This document shows positions 42,323 through 52,084 of a stretch of 64,000 nt of DNA, in pieces (positions within the stretch are counted from its first letter, which is position 1; each line of letters begins with the position of its first letter). Both the position numbers and the translations under genes were made by a program. The stretch is from Candidatus Bathyarchaeota archaeon (GTDB lineage Archaea > Thermoproteota > Bathyarchaeia > Bathyarchaeales > Bathycorpusculaceae). The notes under the pieces were generated by a model. The model did not search any database. It was not told where the DNA came from and saw nothing but the letters and a program-made list of their open reading frames with translations. The stretch is from NCBI GenBank assembly GCA_963772455.1, contig CAVYXJ010000010.1, positions 224,001 to 288,000 of the forward strand, in the 5' to 3' direction.

Positions 42323-44239
42323 GTGCCGATGGATTTAGAAGGCGTCTTAAAAGTGCAATTGACAAACAGTTGGGAATTCATTAGAAATAGCCGTGCACAA
42401 TTGATCATATGTTCAACTTTTTTGTTTTCTTTTTTGGCTATTTTTATTATTTTTTTTCCACCAAATTTGTGGATTGCTAACATAGTTGGTTTTTTCAGCT
42501 ACTTCACTAATACCTTGGCTTTATTGTTAGCCATTGGATATGTTGGTCTTTTTGTTATTGTCTTTGCTGAAACAGGGTTGTTTTTTGGGTTCTTTTTGCC
42601 TGGTGATAGCTTGCTTTTGGCAGCAGGTATACTTTCGAGTCAAAATCTTTTCAATGTTTTTGGAATTATGGTAGTTGTAATTTTGGCTGCCATAATTGGA
42701 GATAATTTTGGTTATTGGTTTGGGAGAAGGGTTGGTCCAGTGTTTATTAAAAGAGAATCTCGCTTTTTGAATGCACAAAGGGTTGAATCTGTCAGGGTTC
42801 TCTTTGAGAAGCATGGTTCAAAGGCCATTGTTTTTGCGCGTTTTGTACCTATTGCACGAACATTTGCACCTATTCTTGCAGGGGCAAGTAAAATGAAAGT
42901 CTCAAGTTTCTTTTATTATAATGTAGTTGGAGCGTTGCTGTGGGGCATAACTATGCCAATGCTTGGCTACACTTTGGGAAGGGTTATTCCAGATATCCAA
43001 CAATACATTTACCCTATTATCGCTTTAATTATTGTTTTTTCGGTTCTTCCTTGGGTGATCAAACCCATTTCTAGAATTGGAAAGTCTTTTCTTTCTGGGA
43101 GAAAGAAACCCTCAAATGTTTCGTTTGCGTCTGCAGCTAACTCTTCAAGAATTATAAGTAGTGCCGAGGTACGACAAGAGCTAAAAACTCAAAGCAGATC
43201 AAAACGAACCCTGAAGATCGCTATTCAAATCATTGCTATGGCGGCAATTTTTGGGGTACTATTATGGTATGTAGGTGTAGGTTCTCTCTATGACGCCTTG
43301 TTAAACATCAAAGTAGAATACTTGTTTTTGGCGTTCTTGATGTATTTTGGAATTAACGTTTTGTTTACAGTGCGGCTTAGACGTGTTTTAGCTAAAGATG
43401 GCGTCAAAACATCTTTTGGAAAAACACTCTTGGCCCAGTATGCAGGTATGTTAACTAGCGACGTTACTCCCGGACGCTCAGGATATATTCTAACACCGGT
43501 TTATCTTCGAGATCAAAATGTGCCCACATCAAAGGGGCTTTCAAGCATTTTGGGTATTCAAACAATTGAGTTTCTGTTCAAAGTGTTAGGCGGATTGGGT
43601 GCAGTAATTTTCCTAGTAAAAACGGTGCCTACGCAAACATGGAATATGCTATTTCCTCAAACGGTTGCAGGAATCAATATTGGTATATTAATTGCGGGAT
43701 TAGGCATAATTTTGATGCTTGTTGGAGCTATTGTGTTGGCTGCTTTTACCTGGTCTAAAAGGGCTATTACCCTGTTTGATCGGGTTGCAAATTCAAAATA
43801 TCTTAAAAGGTTTACGGGGGGTTTAATGGGTAAACTTGAAGAATACAAAGAAAGCTCCCACAGTACCCGCCGAGCAATCCCGGAAATTATTGGGTTAACA
43901 GTGATATGTTGGATTCTCAAGGGGTTTGAATGGTACTTTTTGGGTTTAGCCTTGGGAATTACAAATGTGCCGTTGATTGCCTATTTTCTTATACATCCGT
44001 TGGTAACGGCGTTAGCGTTTGTTCCTATAACTCCTGCTGGAGCTGGCGTACAAGAATTCGGAATCATCGGAGTTCTTGGTCTTCTAGGCGTTGGGGTTGG
44101 TCCGGCTGGGGTTTTCGCTTTACTTGCTCGCGGTTTACTCATAATTGAAGATCTTATAGGAATACCACAGATCGTTAAATCAACAAGCAATATTTTTTCA
44201 AGCAAACCTGTTTTGGATAATCAGTTGAAAAACGGGTAG
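42323..44239 (+). CDS. DedA/VTT domain fused to lysylphosphatidylglycerol-synthase-TM (flippase-like) domain
   Basis: N-half AETGLFFGFFLPGDSLL, GDNFGYWFGR, ARFVPIART (DedA); C-half DVTPGRSG, PITPAGAGVQE (LPG_synthase_TM/UPF0104). Confidence 0.85.
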   Translation: MPMDLEGVLKVQLTNSWEFIRNSRAQLIICSTFLFSFLAIFIIFFPPNLWIANIVGFFSYFTNTLALLLAIGYVGLFVIVFAETGLFFGFFLPGDSLLLAAGILSSQNLFNVFGIMVVVILAAIIGDNFGYWFGRRVGPVFIKRESRFLNAQRVESVRVLFEKHGSKAIVFARFVPIARTFAPILAGASKMKVSSFFYYNVVGALLWGITMPMLGYTLGRVIPDIQQYIYPIIALIIVFSVLPWVIKPISRIGKSFLSGRKKPSNVSFASAANSSRIISSAEVRQELKTQSRSKRTLKIAIQIIAMAAIFGVLLWYVGVGSLYDALLNIKVEYLFLAFLMYFGINVLFTVRLRRVLAKDGVKTSFGKTLLAQYAGMLTSDVTPGRSGYILTPVYLRDQNVPTSKGLSSILGIQTIEFLFKVLGGLGAVIFLVKTVPTQTWNMLFPQTVAGINIGILIAGLGIILMLVGAIVLAAFTWSKRAITLFDRVANSKYLKRFTGGLMGKLEEYKESSHSTRRAIPEIIGLTVICWILKGFEWYFLGLALGITNVPLIAYFLIHPLVTALAFVPITPAGAGVQEFGIIGVLGLLGVGVGPAGVFALLARGLLIIEDLIGIPQIVKSTSNIFSSKPVLDNQLKNG

Positions 44240-44970
44240 CTGAATCGATTAATAGAACTGCTTTTTTAAACTGCTTAGGGAAAAGGAACAAGCATTTTTG
44301 AAGGGCTTGTAACCTTAACTTGCTGTTAGTGTATAACAAGATTATGGTCAATTTCCCATCCGAAACTAATAGGTAACTTATTCCCTGCAAAACTGCAGAT
44401 TTTAGGCTTGTAAAGAAATATTTTATTTCAGAGAAAGCATTGAGCTGCAAACATGCTGTTATTTGTTGTTTAATTCTGGTATCGCTGCAATCGCAATTCG
44501 ATGCAATACTAGCATTGCTAGTATAAAGAAAGCGACTATAAATCAACAAATCAAAAACTATCTTTCCCCTTTTTTAGTCTTAAAATATGCATTGGAGAAG
44601 AATGGGGCTGAGTAGGCTCTGGTTAAAATTTACAATAGTAGCTATAGAGAGTTTGCATTTTCTCTCTTTTCTCCTAATTTGGTGCCGGAGCCTCAGCAAA
44701 CCTCACTTTTTTCGATTGCAAATTTAACAATATATGTAACTATGTTATTCGATGGCATTGAGAAAAAGGCATTAAGTGAACTCCAGCGACAAACCTAAAA
44801 AGCGTAATCACCGTAATGACAACAGCAAAGAGGTCTAGCAGATTCCAAAACAACCCAAAATCGCATCCATTACTGAACAGGAATATCTTGACTTACTCAA
44901 GAAAAACCAAAAACTAACCATTATCAAAACAACTCTTGAACAAACACTCAACAACAAAAATCATGGAAAA

Positions 44971-45660
44971 ATGTTCAGCATTGTTACAGCGACATGGAAT
45001 CCAATTTCAGGTTGTCTTTACAACTGCAACTACTGCTGGGCGAAAAACTTGGCGCTAACAAAACTCAAAACTAGCAAAAGATACATTAATGGATTTAAGC
45101 CGAGTTTGAATGACTCAGAATTTAAAGCTAAATTCCACAAAGGCGACCTTATTTTTGTGGCTGACATGGGAGACATGTTCGCCGATTTTACTCCTGAAAA
45201 ATGGATTAAACAAGTATTAGACCATATTAGACAATTTCCCGAAGCAGACTTTCTATTCATGACAAAAAACCCTCAGAGATACCTTGAACTTTTACCTTTT
45301 ATTCCAGATAACGCAATTCTAGGCGCAACTATTGAAACAAACATTGACTCAATTATTACTCAAGACAAAGTGTCGAATGCCCCCCTTCCCAGTGAACGCG
45401 CTAAAGCAATGAAGGCTTTAGATTGGAAAAGAAAAATTGTTTCAGTAGAACCTATCCTTCAGTTTGACCTTGAAATATTTTCTAAATGGATTGAAGATAT
45501 CGACCCATTTATTGTGTATGTAGGTTACGACAATTATTGTCATAAACTGCGTGAGCCTACATTGAAGCAAACAACAGATTTACTCAATACACTGTCAGAC
45601 AATTCACTGGTAATTAGGAAAACCATTCGTCCTTCATGGTCTGAAATGTGCTCTTCATAA
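44971..45660 (+). CDS. DUF5131 (phage Gp37/Gp68-like, three-Cys radical-SAM-like) protein
   Basis: TWNPISGCLYNCNYCWA, FVADMGDMF, FLFMTKNP, VSVEPIL. Confidence 0.85.
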   Translation: MFSIVTATWNPISGCLYNCNYCWAKNLALTKLKTSKRYINGFKPSLNDSEFKAKFHKGDLIFVADMGDMFADFTPEKWIKQVLDHIRQFPEADFLFMTKNPQRYLELLPFIPDNAILGATIETNIDSIITQDKVSNAPLPSERAKAMKALDWKRKIVSVEPILQFDLEIFSKWIEDIDPFIVYVGYDNYCHKLREPTLKQTTDLLNTLSDNSLVIRKTIRPSWSEMCSS

Positions 45661-45681
45661 TAATCTGATTGAGGAATAAAC

Positions 45682-46632
45682 ATGCCAGCTAAAATTCCAA
45701 CCTCAGAATGGCTAAAAGATAAACTGAATAGACTGGAAGAAATGACAGAAGTTGTTAAAAAAATTAGCCCTGAATTCTATTCAGAAGTTGACCCAGATTA
45801 TGGCTTTTGGTCTATAAAGAAAGAAATTGCGTTAATGTACTGGTCTTATCCCTTTCAACATATAGCAAAAAACCACTTTGAATCATTCTATTACATTGAC
45901 CTGTTCGCTGGGTCAGGATTAATGAAGGCTGAAAACAGTTTTTTTGTTGGTTCACCTGTTGTCGCTGTAAGCTCAACAATTAAAGATAAAGGATTTAGCA
46001 AATACATCTGCATTGAACAAGCTGAAGATCGAAAAGTAGTCCTTGAAAAACGCCTCAATAAAGCCTGTGAACAACATCAGACATGCGATCCAACGGTGAT
46101 TCAAGGCGACTGTAACAAGGAAATTCTTAACGTGTTAAGGGAACATGCACCTAAAGGAAACACGTGTTTTTTGGCTTTTGTTGATCCACAGAGTTATTCT
46201 CAGTTAAATTGGAGTACTTTAGAGACTTTAATGAGTTATGGAAAAGGCGACATAATCCTAAATTTCCCAACCATGGGACTTACGCGGAATTTGAATAATG
46301 CAGAGTGTAGGCGTTCAATCTCAGCTTTTGTTGGTGATGATTTATGGCCAGAAGAGATTGGGCAACTTAAAATCGATGATTTTTTGGATTATTTCATGAG
46401 CAAGATGAAACGGTTCAGAAGTGAAGTTCATAGTTTAAAGGTTAAAGATGAAAAAAATCACCGATTGTTCGATTTGGTTTTTGCTACAGGTTCGACTGGA
46501 ATGAATAATGCATTAGCTGATTTAACTGAGAAGTTGGATGCATTTAACACTAAAACTATCAAGGGATTGTATTCTGTAGTTGCCAAAGGACAAACTCAAA
46601 TGCAGGATTTTTACAGCCAACAGTTACTTTAA
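45682..46632 (+). CDS. tcmP: Three-Cys-motif partner protein TcmP (methyltransferase fold)
   Basis: WSIKKE, YIDLFAGSG, GSP, GDCN, AFVDP, LVFATGS; directly downstream of DUF5131. Confidence 0.8.
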   Translation: MPAKIPTSEWLKDKLNRLEEMTEVVKKISPEFYSEVDPDYGFWSIKKEIALMYWSYPFQHIAKNHFESFYYIDLFAGSGLMKAENSFFVGSPVVAVSSTIKDKGFSKYICIEQAEDRKVVLEKRLNKACEQHQTCDPTVIQGDCNKEILNVLREHAPKGNTCFLAFVDPQSYSQLNWSTLETLMSYGKGDIILNFPTMGLTRNLNNAECRRSISAFVGDDLWPEEIGQLKIDDFLDYFMSKMKRFRSEVHSLKVKDEKNHRLFDLVFATGSTGMNNALADLTEKLDAFNTKTIKGLYSVVAKGQTQMQDFYSQQLL

Positions 46633-47291
46633 AAATTAATGTCTCAAAATTGTAAGAAGTTAACTAGAAATTTTCCAGGGTCCTTTGAGTGCGTCCATAT
46701 GACCCAGTCAAAGACATGAAAATCCATAGCCCAAAAATTGTTCGAAGATTTGAGCAGCTCAACTGGGTTAAGGCTCAAAGTTGGTTTCGACCATGCTTTA
46801 GGTTTGCAGCGCTTTTACACTACGTTACAATTGATTAGTGAGGATGGGAAAAAACAACTATGCCATCTTGTTTTCAGTAATATTACAATTTTGTCTGTTT
46901 ACTATTCGTAACTCAACCCACAAGCCGAGGATTTGATTCCTGAGTGCAAATATAGCTTAGGTGGCTTGCAGCATGCTAGCGCGCGTACCCCAACACCATG
47001 TTGGCTTCTAGTAGCAGAGGCCGCAAGCGGATCCTCAAAGCCTAAGCAATAACACTAATACGTAAACTATCCCAAAAGCCCTTCTCGATGAATACCCATA
47101 ACCTAGAATTCTAGGAATTTCTAGTGATTTCAAAGAACAAGTAATTTATAGAATTGATTAAATTCATTGTGTAATTATTTAATTTTTATTTATTGCAAAA
47201 TCACTAATCAAATTACAGATTACTTCAGATTACTTTGTTACTAGATAAAATTACTTATTAATTTCTAGAAGTATGGTTATTAATAATAAGA

Positions 47292-48317
47292 ATGCTGAAT
47301 AATATGACTATTGAACACCTAAAAACGTGTCCCTGCGAATTTGGCTGCAGAGAAAAGCGATCTACTGTTGTAAATTTAGTTTTAGAAAAGGGAACTTGTT
47401 CAGTCAGAGAATTGCACGATTTTCTCGATGGCAAAATTGGTGTATACGCTTTCAGAAGCAGCATTGAATACTTGTGTACAGGACAATGCAAACTAGTTGG
47501 AGTATATGGTTTATGTGCCGGTCAAAAGCCTCCTCAAATTGGGAGACGCGGAAGGCTGCTCTATCGAAGAACAATGGCCTCTGAAACCCTCCAAGAAGTT
47601 ATAGTTGGGCTTCTATCACCGCTTCAAAAAAGAATATTGGACAAGTTTACTTTGCTAAATCGACGTATTTTTTATTTCACAGCATATGATCTACGTCGGC
47701 TAATTCCATCTTCCGGAAATGAGGTTGAATATGCTGTAAAAAGGCTAATCACGTTGGGCTTATTGAATAAATTAACTTTTAACGGAATAGTTTTTTATGT
47801 TAAACCTTCGAACGTATCGCGCCTAGTGCTTCAAGAAAGACAAGCAATACTTGACGACAAAACAGAATATGCAGTTATAAAAATAGTACACGAATTAATT
47901 ATGAATCTTTACCCAGCAAATACTATAACTGGTTATACTGATAGAATTCGCCCTCACACCCAAGACATATTAACTGTCACCGGCGGGATGGCTTTTGACA
48001 TTTTCTATCAGTTCCGCGACCCAATAGCAGAGCGAAATTACCTAGCAATTGACGTTTACACTAGAATCCCTGTTACAGGTTTTATGGTTCATTCTTTTAC
48101 TAAAAAAATCGAATGGGCAAAGACAGTAACACGGAAAAAAACAACCAACTACCTCAAAGACAAGACTTATGGAATAATAGTTTATAGAAATGCTACGAGA
48201 AATGCAATAATAATAGCAAATAGAGTTGGCCTAAAGTTTCTCAGGTTACGAGACATCAAAGTTGATTATAAACAACTTCGTAATGAAATTGAAAATCAGA
48301 TTTCAACGAATCCTTAG
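47292..48317 (+). CDS. Hypothetical protein: wHTH domains plus putative PD-(D/E)XK-like nuclease C-terminus
   Basis: Cys-rich N-terminus, wHTH-like YAVKRLITLGLL; C-terminal FDIFY…LAIDVYT…GIIV…AIIIANRVGLKFL resembles an Mrr/REase fold (inference). Confidence 0.5.
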   Translation: MLNNMTIEHLKTCPCEFGCREKRSTVVNLVLEKGTCSVRELHDFLDGKIGVYAFRSSIEYLCTGQCKLVGVYGLCAGQKPPQIGRRGRLLYRRTMASETLQEVIVGLLSPLQKRILDKFTLLNRRIFYFTAYDLRRLIPSSGNEVEYAVKRLITLGLLNKLTFNGIVFYVKPSNVSRLVLQERQAILDDKTEYAVIKIVHELIMNLYPANTITGYTDRIRPHTQDILTVTGGMAFDIFYQFRDPIAERNYLAIDVYTRIPVTGFMVHSFTKKIEWAKTVTRKKTTNYLKDKTYGIIVYRNATRNAIIIANRVGLKFLRLRDIKVDYKQLRNEIENQISTNP

Positions 48318-48717
48318 CATTTATGTTGAAGCTAACTACCCTAATTTGAACACTCTTGTTGGACTACCCAATTTGGTCCCAAAGTTTCATGGATGTATAT
48401 GCCAATATGATTAAACGGAGTTTCAAAGGTGCTTTAATGCCAACTAGGACAAAGCAATAACCGCACATACACGCGACTATACTTAGGCAAAGCTCAGAAA
48501 ATAAATGGTTGGTACATGAGATCCCCATTATTGTTTTACCCTACGCCATAGACTGAGACAATTAAAACCCCTAAAGGTGAATTGGGCTTTGCACTGATGC
48601 ACTATCGAAAGACCAAGCATGGTCGAATTCACTAAAAAAGATAGTAATAGTTGACCCACGCTGTTTCTCGAGACAAATTTTTGTCTAGGGTTTTTTATGT
48701 CAATACCCAAACGGACA

Positions 48718-48855
48718 TTGTTCTATCACGAATCGAGAGTATAAGGAAGCAAGGGTAAACTAACAATAAGCTAGTAGGATACCTATACCAAAAAATAGAG
48801 TGTTAAGCCTTTTCTTGCTTGTCTCTATCTTGCTCAGTTCGTGATAGACATTTGG
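48718..48855. repeat. Long imperfect inverted repeat
   Basis: TCTATCACGAA (48722-32) pairs with TTCGTGATAGA (48838-48); AAGCAAG (48747-53) pairs with CTTGCTT (48814-20). Confidence 0.55.
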
Positions 48856-48887
48856 ATGCGCGACTCAAGGTTTTTCTATATCATTAG

Positions 48888-49844
48888 TTACCCAATTTCG
48901 ACAGGTGTACCTCGATAAGCCATTGTGACCTTTTGAAAGAGCTTTACTATGTCTAGTGAGCAGAAAAGCGCTTTTGTTAGGTATTCATGTTGGTAAATCA
49001 TCATCTGTGCCTTCACGGGCAAATCGATTCTGGGTGGCTCAAATTTGCGTGCAACCTCCGCCACCTGCAAGCCATCGATGCCGATGTCTTCCTCGCGCAT
49101 GCCAGTCTTGTTGGCGATGTAGCCAAGGTAGGTTTTTTTCCAGTCCAACATCATTACTTTTGCGGCGACTATGTCCACCGCTAAAGCGTCGTCACCGGTA
49201 AGCATCAAATCCATCTTGACGGGTTTGCCTTTGGTGGGTCCGTTGCCTTCGATGCCGATTCGTGCATCCATTATGGTTAGTTGCGGCTTGAAAAGCGAGT
49301 AGAGTCGGTACATGACTTCAGGCAGGTAGGGGTGAAGGTAGATGCGTTTGTTGCTGGGTACGCAGCCGAAGAGGTTTTTGATGGCGCCGCTGTAAGCCAT
49401 AAACTCATGCGTCTTCATCAAGGGCAAATCCACCACCGCATCGGCGTCCAGCACAGTTTTTGGTAGAAACAGCCGTTTGAGGGGGCAGCCGTCTGGGAAT
49501 TTGACTTCGACGACTTTGTCTTCGGAGAGGTTGATGGCTTTGCCGCCTGCGGATTCCACGGCTTTCTGCATGCCTGTTTTGTCAAACGCGGTCCAGCAAG
49601 GATAGTTAAAGCCGTTGGATTCGCCTACGACAACTTCGCTGTTGCCGTCCCTTAATAGCCCGACGAGTTGATGCATAACCTGTGGGCTTGTTACTACGCC
49701 TGGCAAGTATTCGGGGTGGCTAAGGTTTGGCTTTATGAAAATCTTTCTTTTGCCATGTAACCCTGAGTCGGCGACGGCTTGGGCGACGATGCTGCTTACG
49801 TCGTCTCCTGCACGGTAAATCGTGACTTTGTGTGGGTTAGGCAT
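48888..49844 (-). CDS. DUF362 domain protein
   Basis: IFIKPNL, VTSP, VGES, LPLMKTH, SGAIKNLFG, EGNGP, DALAVD. Confidence 0.88.
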   Translation of the reverse strand: MPNPHKVTIYRAGDDVSSIVAQAVADSGLHGKRKIFIKPNLSHPEYLPGVVTSPQVMHQLVGLLRDGNSEVVVGESNGFNYPCWTAFDKTGMQKAVESAGGKAINLSEDKVVEVKFPDGCPLKRLFLPKTVLDADAVVDLPLMKTHEFMAYSGAIKNLFGCVPSNKRIYLHPYLPEVMYRLYSLFKPQLTIMDARIGIEGNGPTKGKPVKMDLMLTGDDALAVDIVAAKVMMLDWKKTYLGYIANKTGMREEDIGIDGLQVAEVARKFEPPRIDLPVKAQMMIYQHEYLTKALFCSLDIVKLFQKVTMAYRGTPVEIG

Positions 49845-51263
49845 GTTTTGACTTCACTCCTTGGAGGCATCCGGGGTCGCCGTTTAACATGTCTCCACTG
49901 TGGTATGCTGCGGAACGTGCTCGGCAGCCGCCGCAGATGAATTTGTAGGTGCATTTGCCGCAGGTACCCTTAAGGTTTGCTCGGTTGCGGAAGGCGTTGA
50001 ACAGCGGCGCGTTTAGCCAGATGTCCTGGAACTTTTCTGTCCTCAGGTTCCCGACGTTCACGGGCAAAAATACACACGGGTGGACATCGCCCTTTGGTGA
50101 GATTGAGCAGTAGAGTCTTCCTGCGCCGCATCCGCCGATGAATTCGCCAAGGGGGACGGCTTTTTTTGTGACTTTGACGGTTTGCATGTGAGCCATTGAC
50201 ATGGTGACTTCGTCTGTTCCCGCTGGACCCTGACATTGCAAGGCGACGCGAGCTAATTGGGGCGCCGTGGCTAGGATGGTTGTTTTGCAGCCCGCTGACA
50301 TCCGATTCAGCAGATAACGCATAACGTCCTCGCGTTCCTGCGGTGAGAGGTCTTGGTCGAAGTGGGCTTTGCCGCGTCCAGTCGGGATAAAATTGAAGTA
50401 GGTGAAGCGTTCCGCATGGATTTTCTCGGCTAAATCGATAATGGCAGGCAGCTCAGCCATGTTGTTCTTACCAACAGTAGTCGCGATGCAGACGCAAAGA
50501 TCCGCTTCAACGCAGTTTTTGAGTCCTGCAATAGCTTTGTCAAAGGTGCCTGGAACCCCGCGGAAGTCATCGTGGGTTTTAGCACAGGCGCCGTCGATGC
50601 TGACGTCGATGTAGTTGACTTTGGCTTCTTTAATTTTAGCTACGTTTTCTTTGGTGAGGAGCGTGCCGTTGGAAGCCAGCGAAACGTAGAGTCCGCGGTC
50701 GGAGGCATGTCGCGCAACTTGGAAGAAGTCTTTGCGCGTGAGAGGTTCTCCTCCCGAGAAAGCCAGAGCCGTCACGTGTGCATCGGCTAATTGATCGACA
50801 ACCGCCAAAGCCTGCTTAGTGGACAACTCCTCTTCCTCCACAGCGCCGCTGTTACTGTAGCAGTGTTTGCACTGTAAGTTGCATTTGTGAGTGAAATCCC
50901 AAACCACCAGAAACGGCGCAGTCAGCGAAATGGGTTTTTTGATGCCAAAATAATCAAATGATTGAACCAAATTTATAACCGCTGCTCGTGCATATCGGTC
51001 AGTTAAGAGTTTCTCGGCTTTCTCACGCTTAAATCCGAGGCCTTTTCGGAGGAACTCTATCCAGAAACCGATAATCTGAGAGTACAAACCGCTGCATTTG
51101 TCGCATTTGCGAGTCGATTTTGCCGCCGTAATCATCCAAAGCTGCTTCAAGGACTGTTCTGCCACATTTGCCGCATTTTTTTAGCGAGAGTTGGAGCATC
51201 TTCTTAGTCATTGGCAGGGAGATGACTGCGTTCCAGAAATGTGTCGTGGCTAAGGATGCTCAT
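49837..51263 (-). CDS. Radical SAM/SPASM protein with N-terminal paired CxxC domain, frameshifts near 51254 and 51118
   Basis: CNLQCKHC, GGEPL, GCGAGRLYC…PC…CGKCTYKFICGGCRAR…DPGC. N-terminus reconstructs as MSILATTHFWNAVISLPMTKKML…KCGKC…KCDKC. Confidence 0.85.
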
Positions 51264-51460
51264 TTAGTTTCTCCAATTGTGGCTTTGGTAGTTAATTGGA
51301 TTGTTGGGATGTTAAATATTTCTCTAATCGAGATTCAGATTCAAAAAGCTGCAAAAAGGCAAGTTACTAGAGACGAATGCTTTGCCGAGTGTTTTTGATG
51401 CGTTTTTAGTGCTTTAAAGAGTTCGAGCTTGATAATAGGGGCTATAGGGAAAAAGGAGGT

Positions 51461-52084
51461 TTAGAGCTTCTTTGTTTTCAGCATAATGTTTTGGGCTATT
51501 TCCAGGTCTTTGGTTGTATTGATGTTTAGCAGAACCTCGATTTCTTCTGTGATTATGGCGCTTGTTTCGATTTTGCCTTCGCCGAGGATTTTAGTGCCAT
51601 TTATAATGTTGACTCCTGAAACAGCGTACCAAACTCCCTTGTATTCGTCGGTGGAGGAGATAGATAAGCCCAAATCTTGCCTTGCTTTGATGGGGACAAA
51701 GACCGCCAAGAAATCTTTTCCGCAGACCTCAAAGGCATCGATGATTTTGTCAAGCTCCTGTCCTGTTATGGCTGGAACATCGGAAGGCATAGTGAGTATT
51801 GGGCCAGTCAAATTTGCCTTCGAAACGGCTTGTTTTAGGTCGTTGTGATAACCTTTGGCGTCTGTATGCAGGATCTTCCAGCCTTTTTTTTGGCAGTATT
51901 GTTCGGTTTGCGGGGTGTTCGTGCTTGTTATGACGTAGAACTCGGAAACCTTCTTTGCCTCCAAGATTGCTTCTGCTACCCAATCAATCAGCGGTTTACC
52001 CAGAAACGGCAACAACGGCTTCTCCGTTGACAAACCCATCCTTGAACCTTTTCCGCCAGCCATCACAAGTACAGGAACCTTCAT
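51461..52084 (-). CDS. cobY: NTP transferase, CobY-like (adenosylcobinamide-phosphate guanylyltransferase)
   Basis: VMAGGKGSRMG..EKPL, GYHNDL, MPSDVP, SGVNII, NINTTKDL; coupled to the cobS-like gene. Confidence 0.75.
   Translation of the reverse strand: MKVPVLVMAGGKGSRMGLSTEKPLLPFLGKPLIDWVAEAILEAKKVSEFYVITSTNTPQTEQYCQKKGWKILHTDAKGYHNDLKQAVSKANLTGPILTMPSDVPAITGQELDKIIDAFEVCGKDFLAVFVPIKARQDLGLSISSTDEYKGVWYAVSGVNIINGTKILGEGKIETSAIITEEIEVLLNINTTKDLEIAQNIMLKTKKL

Noticed and set aside
46640-46910. Possible decayed ORF between tcmP and the wHTH gene (one internal TGA)
   Set aside because: No recognisable motif; cannot be distinguished from non-coding sequence
33436-48887. Complete provirus
   Set aside because: No capsid, portal, tail, integrase or replication genes are recognisable; only the terminase module
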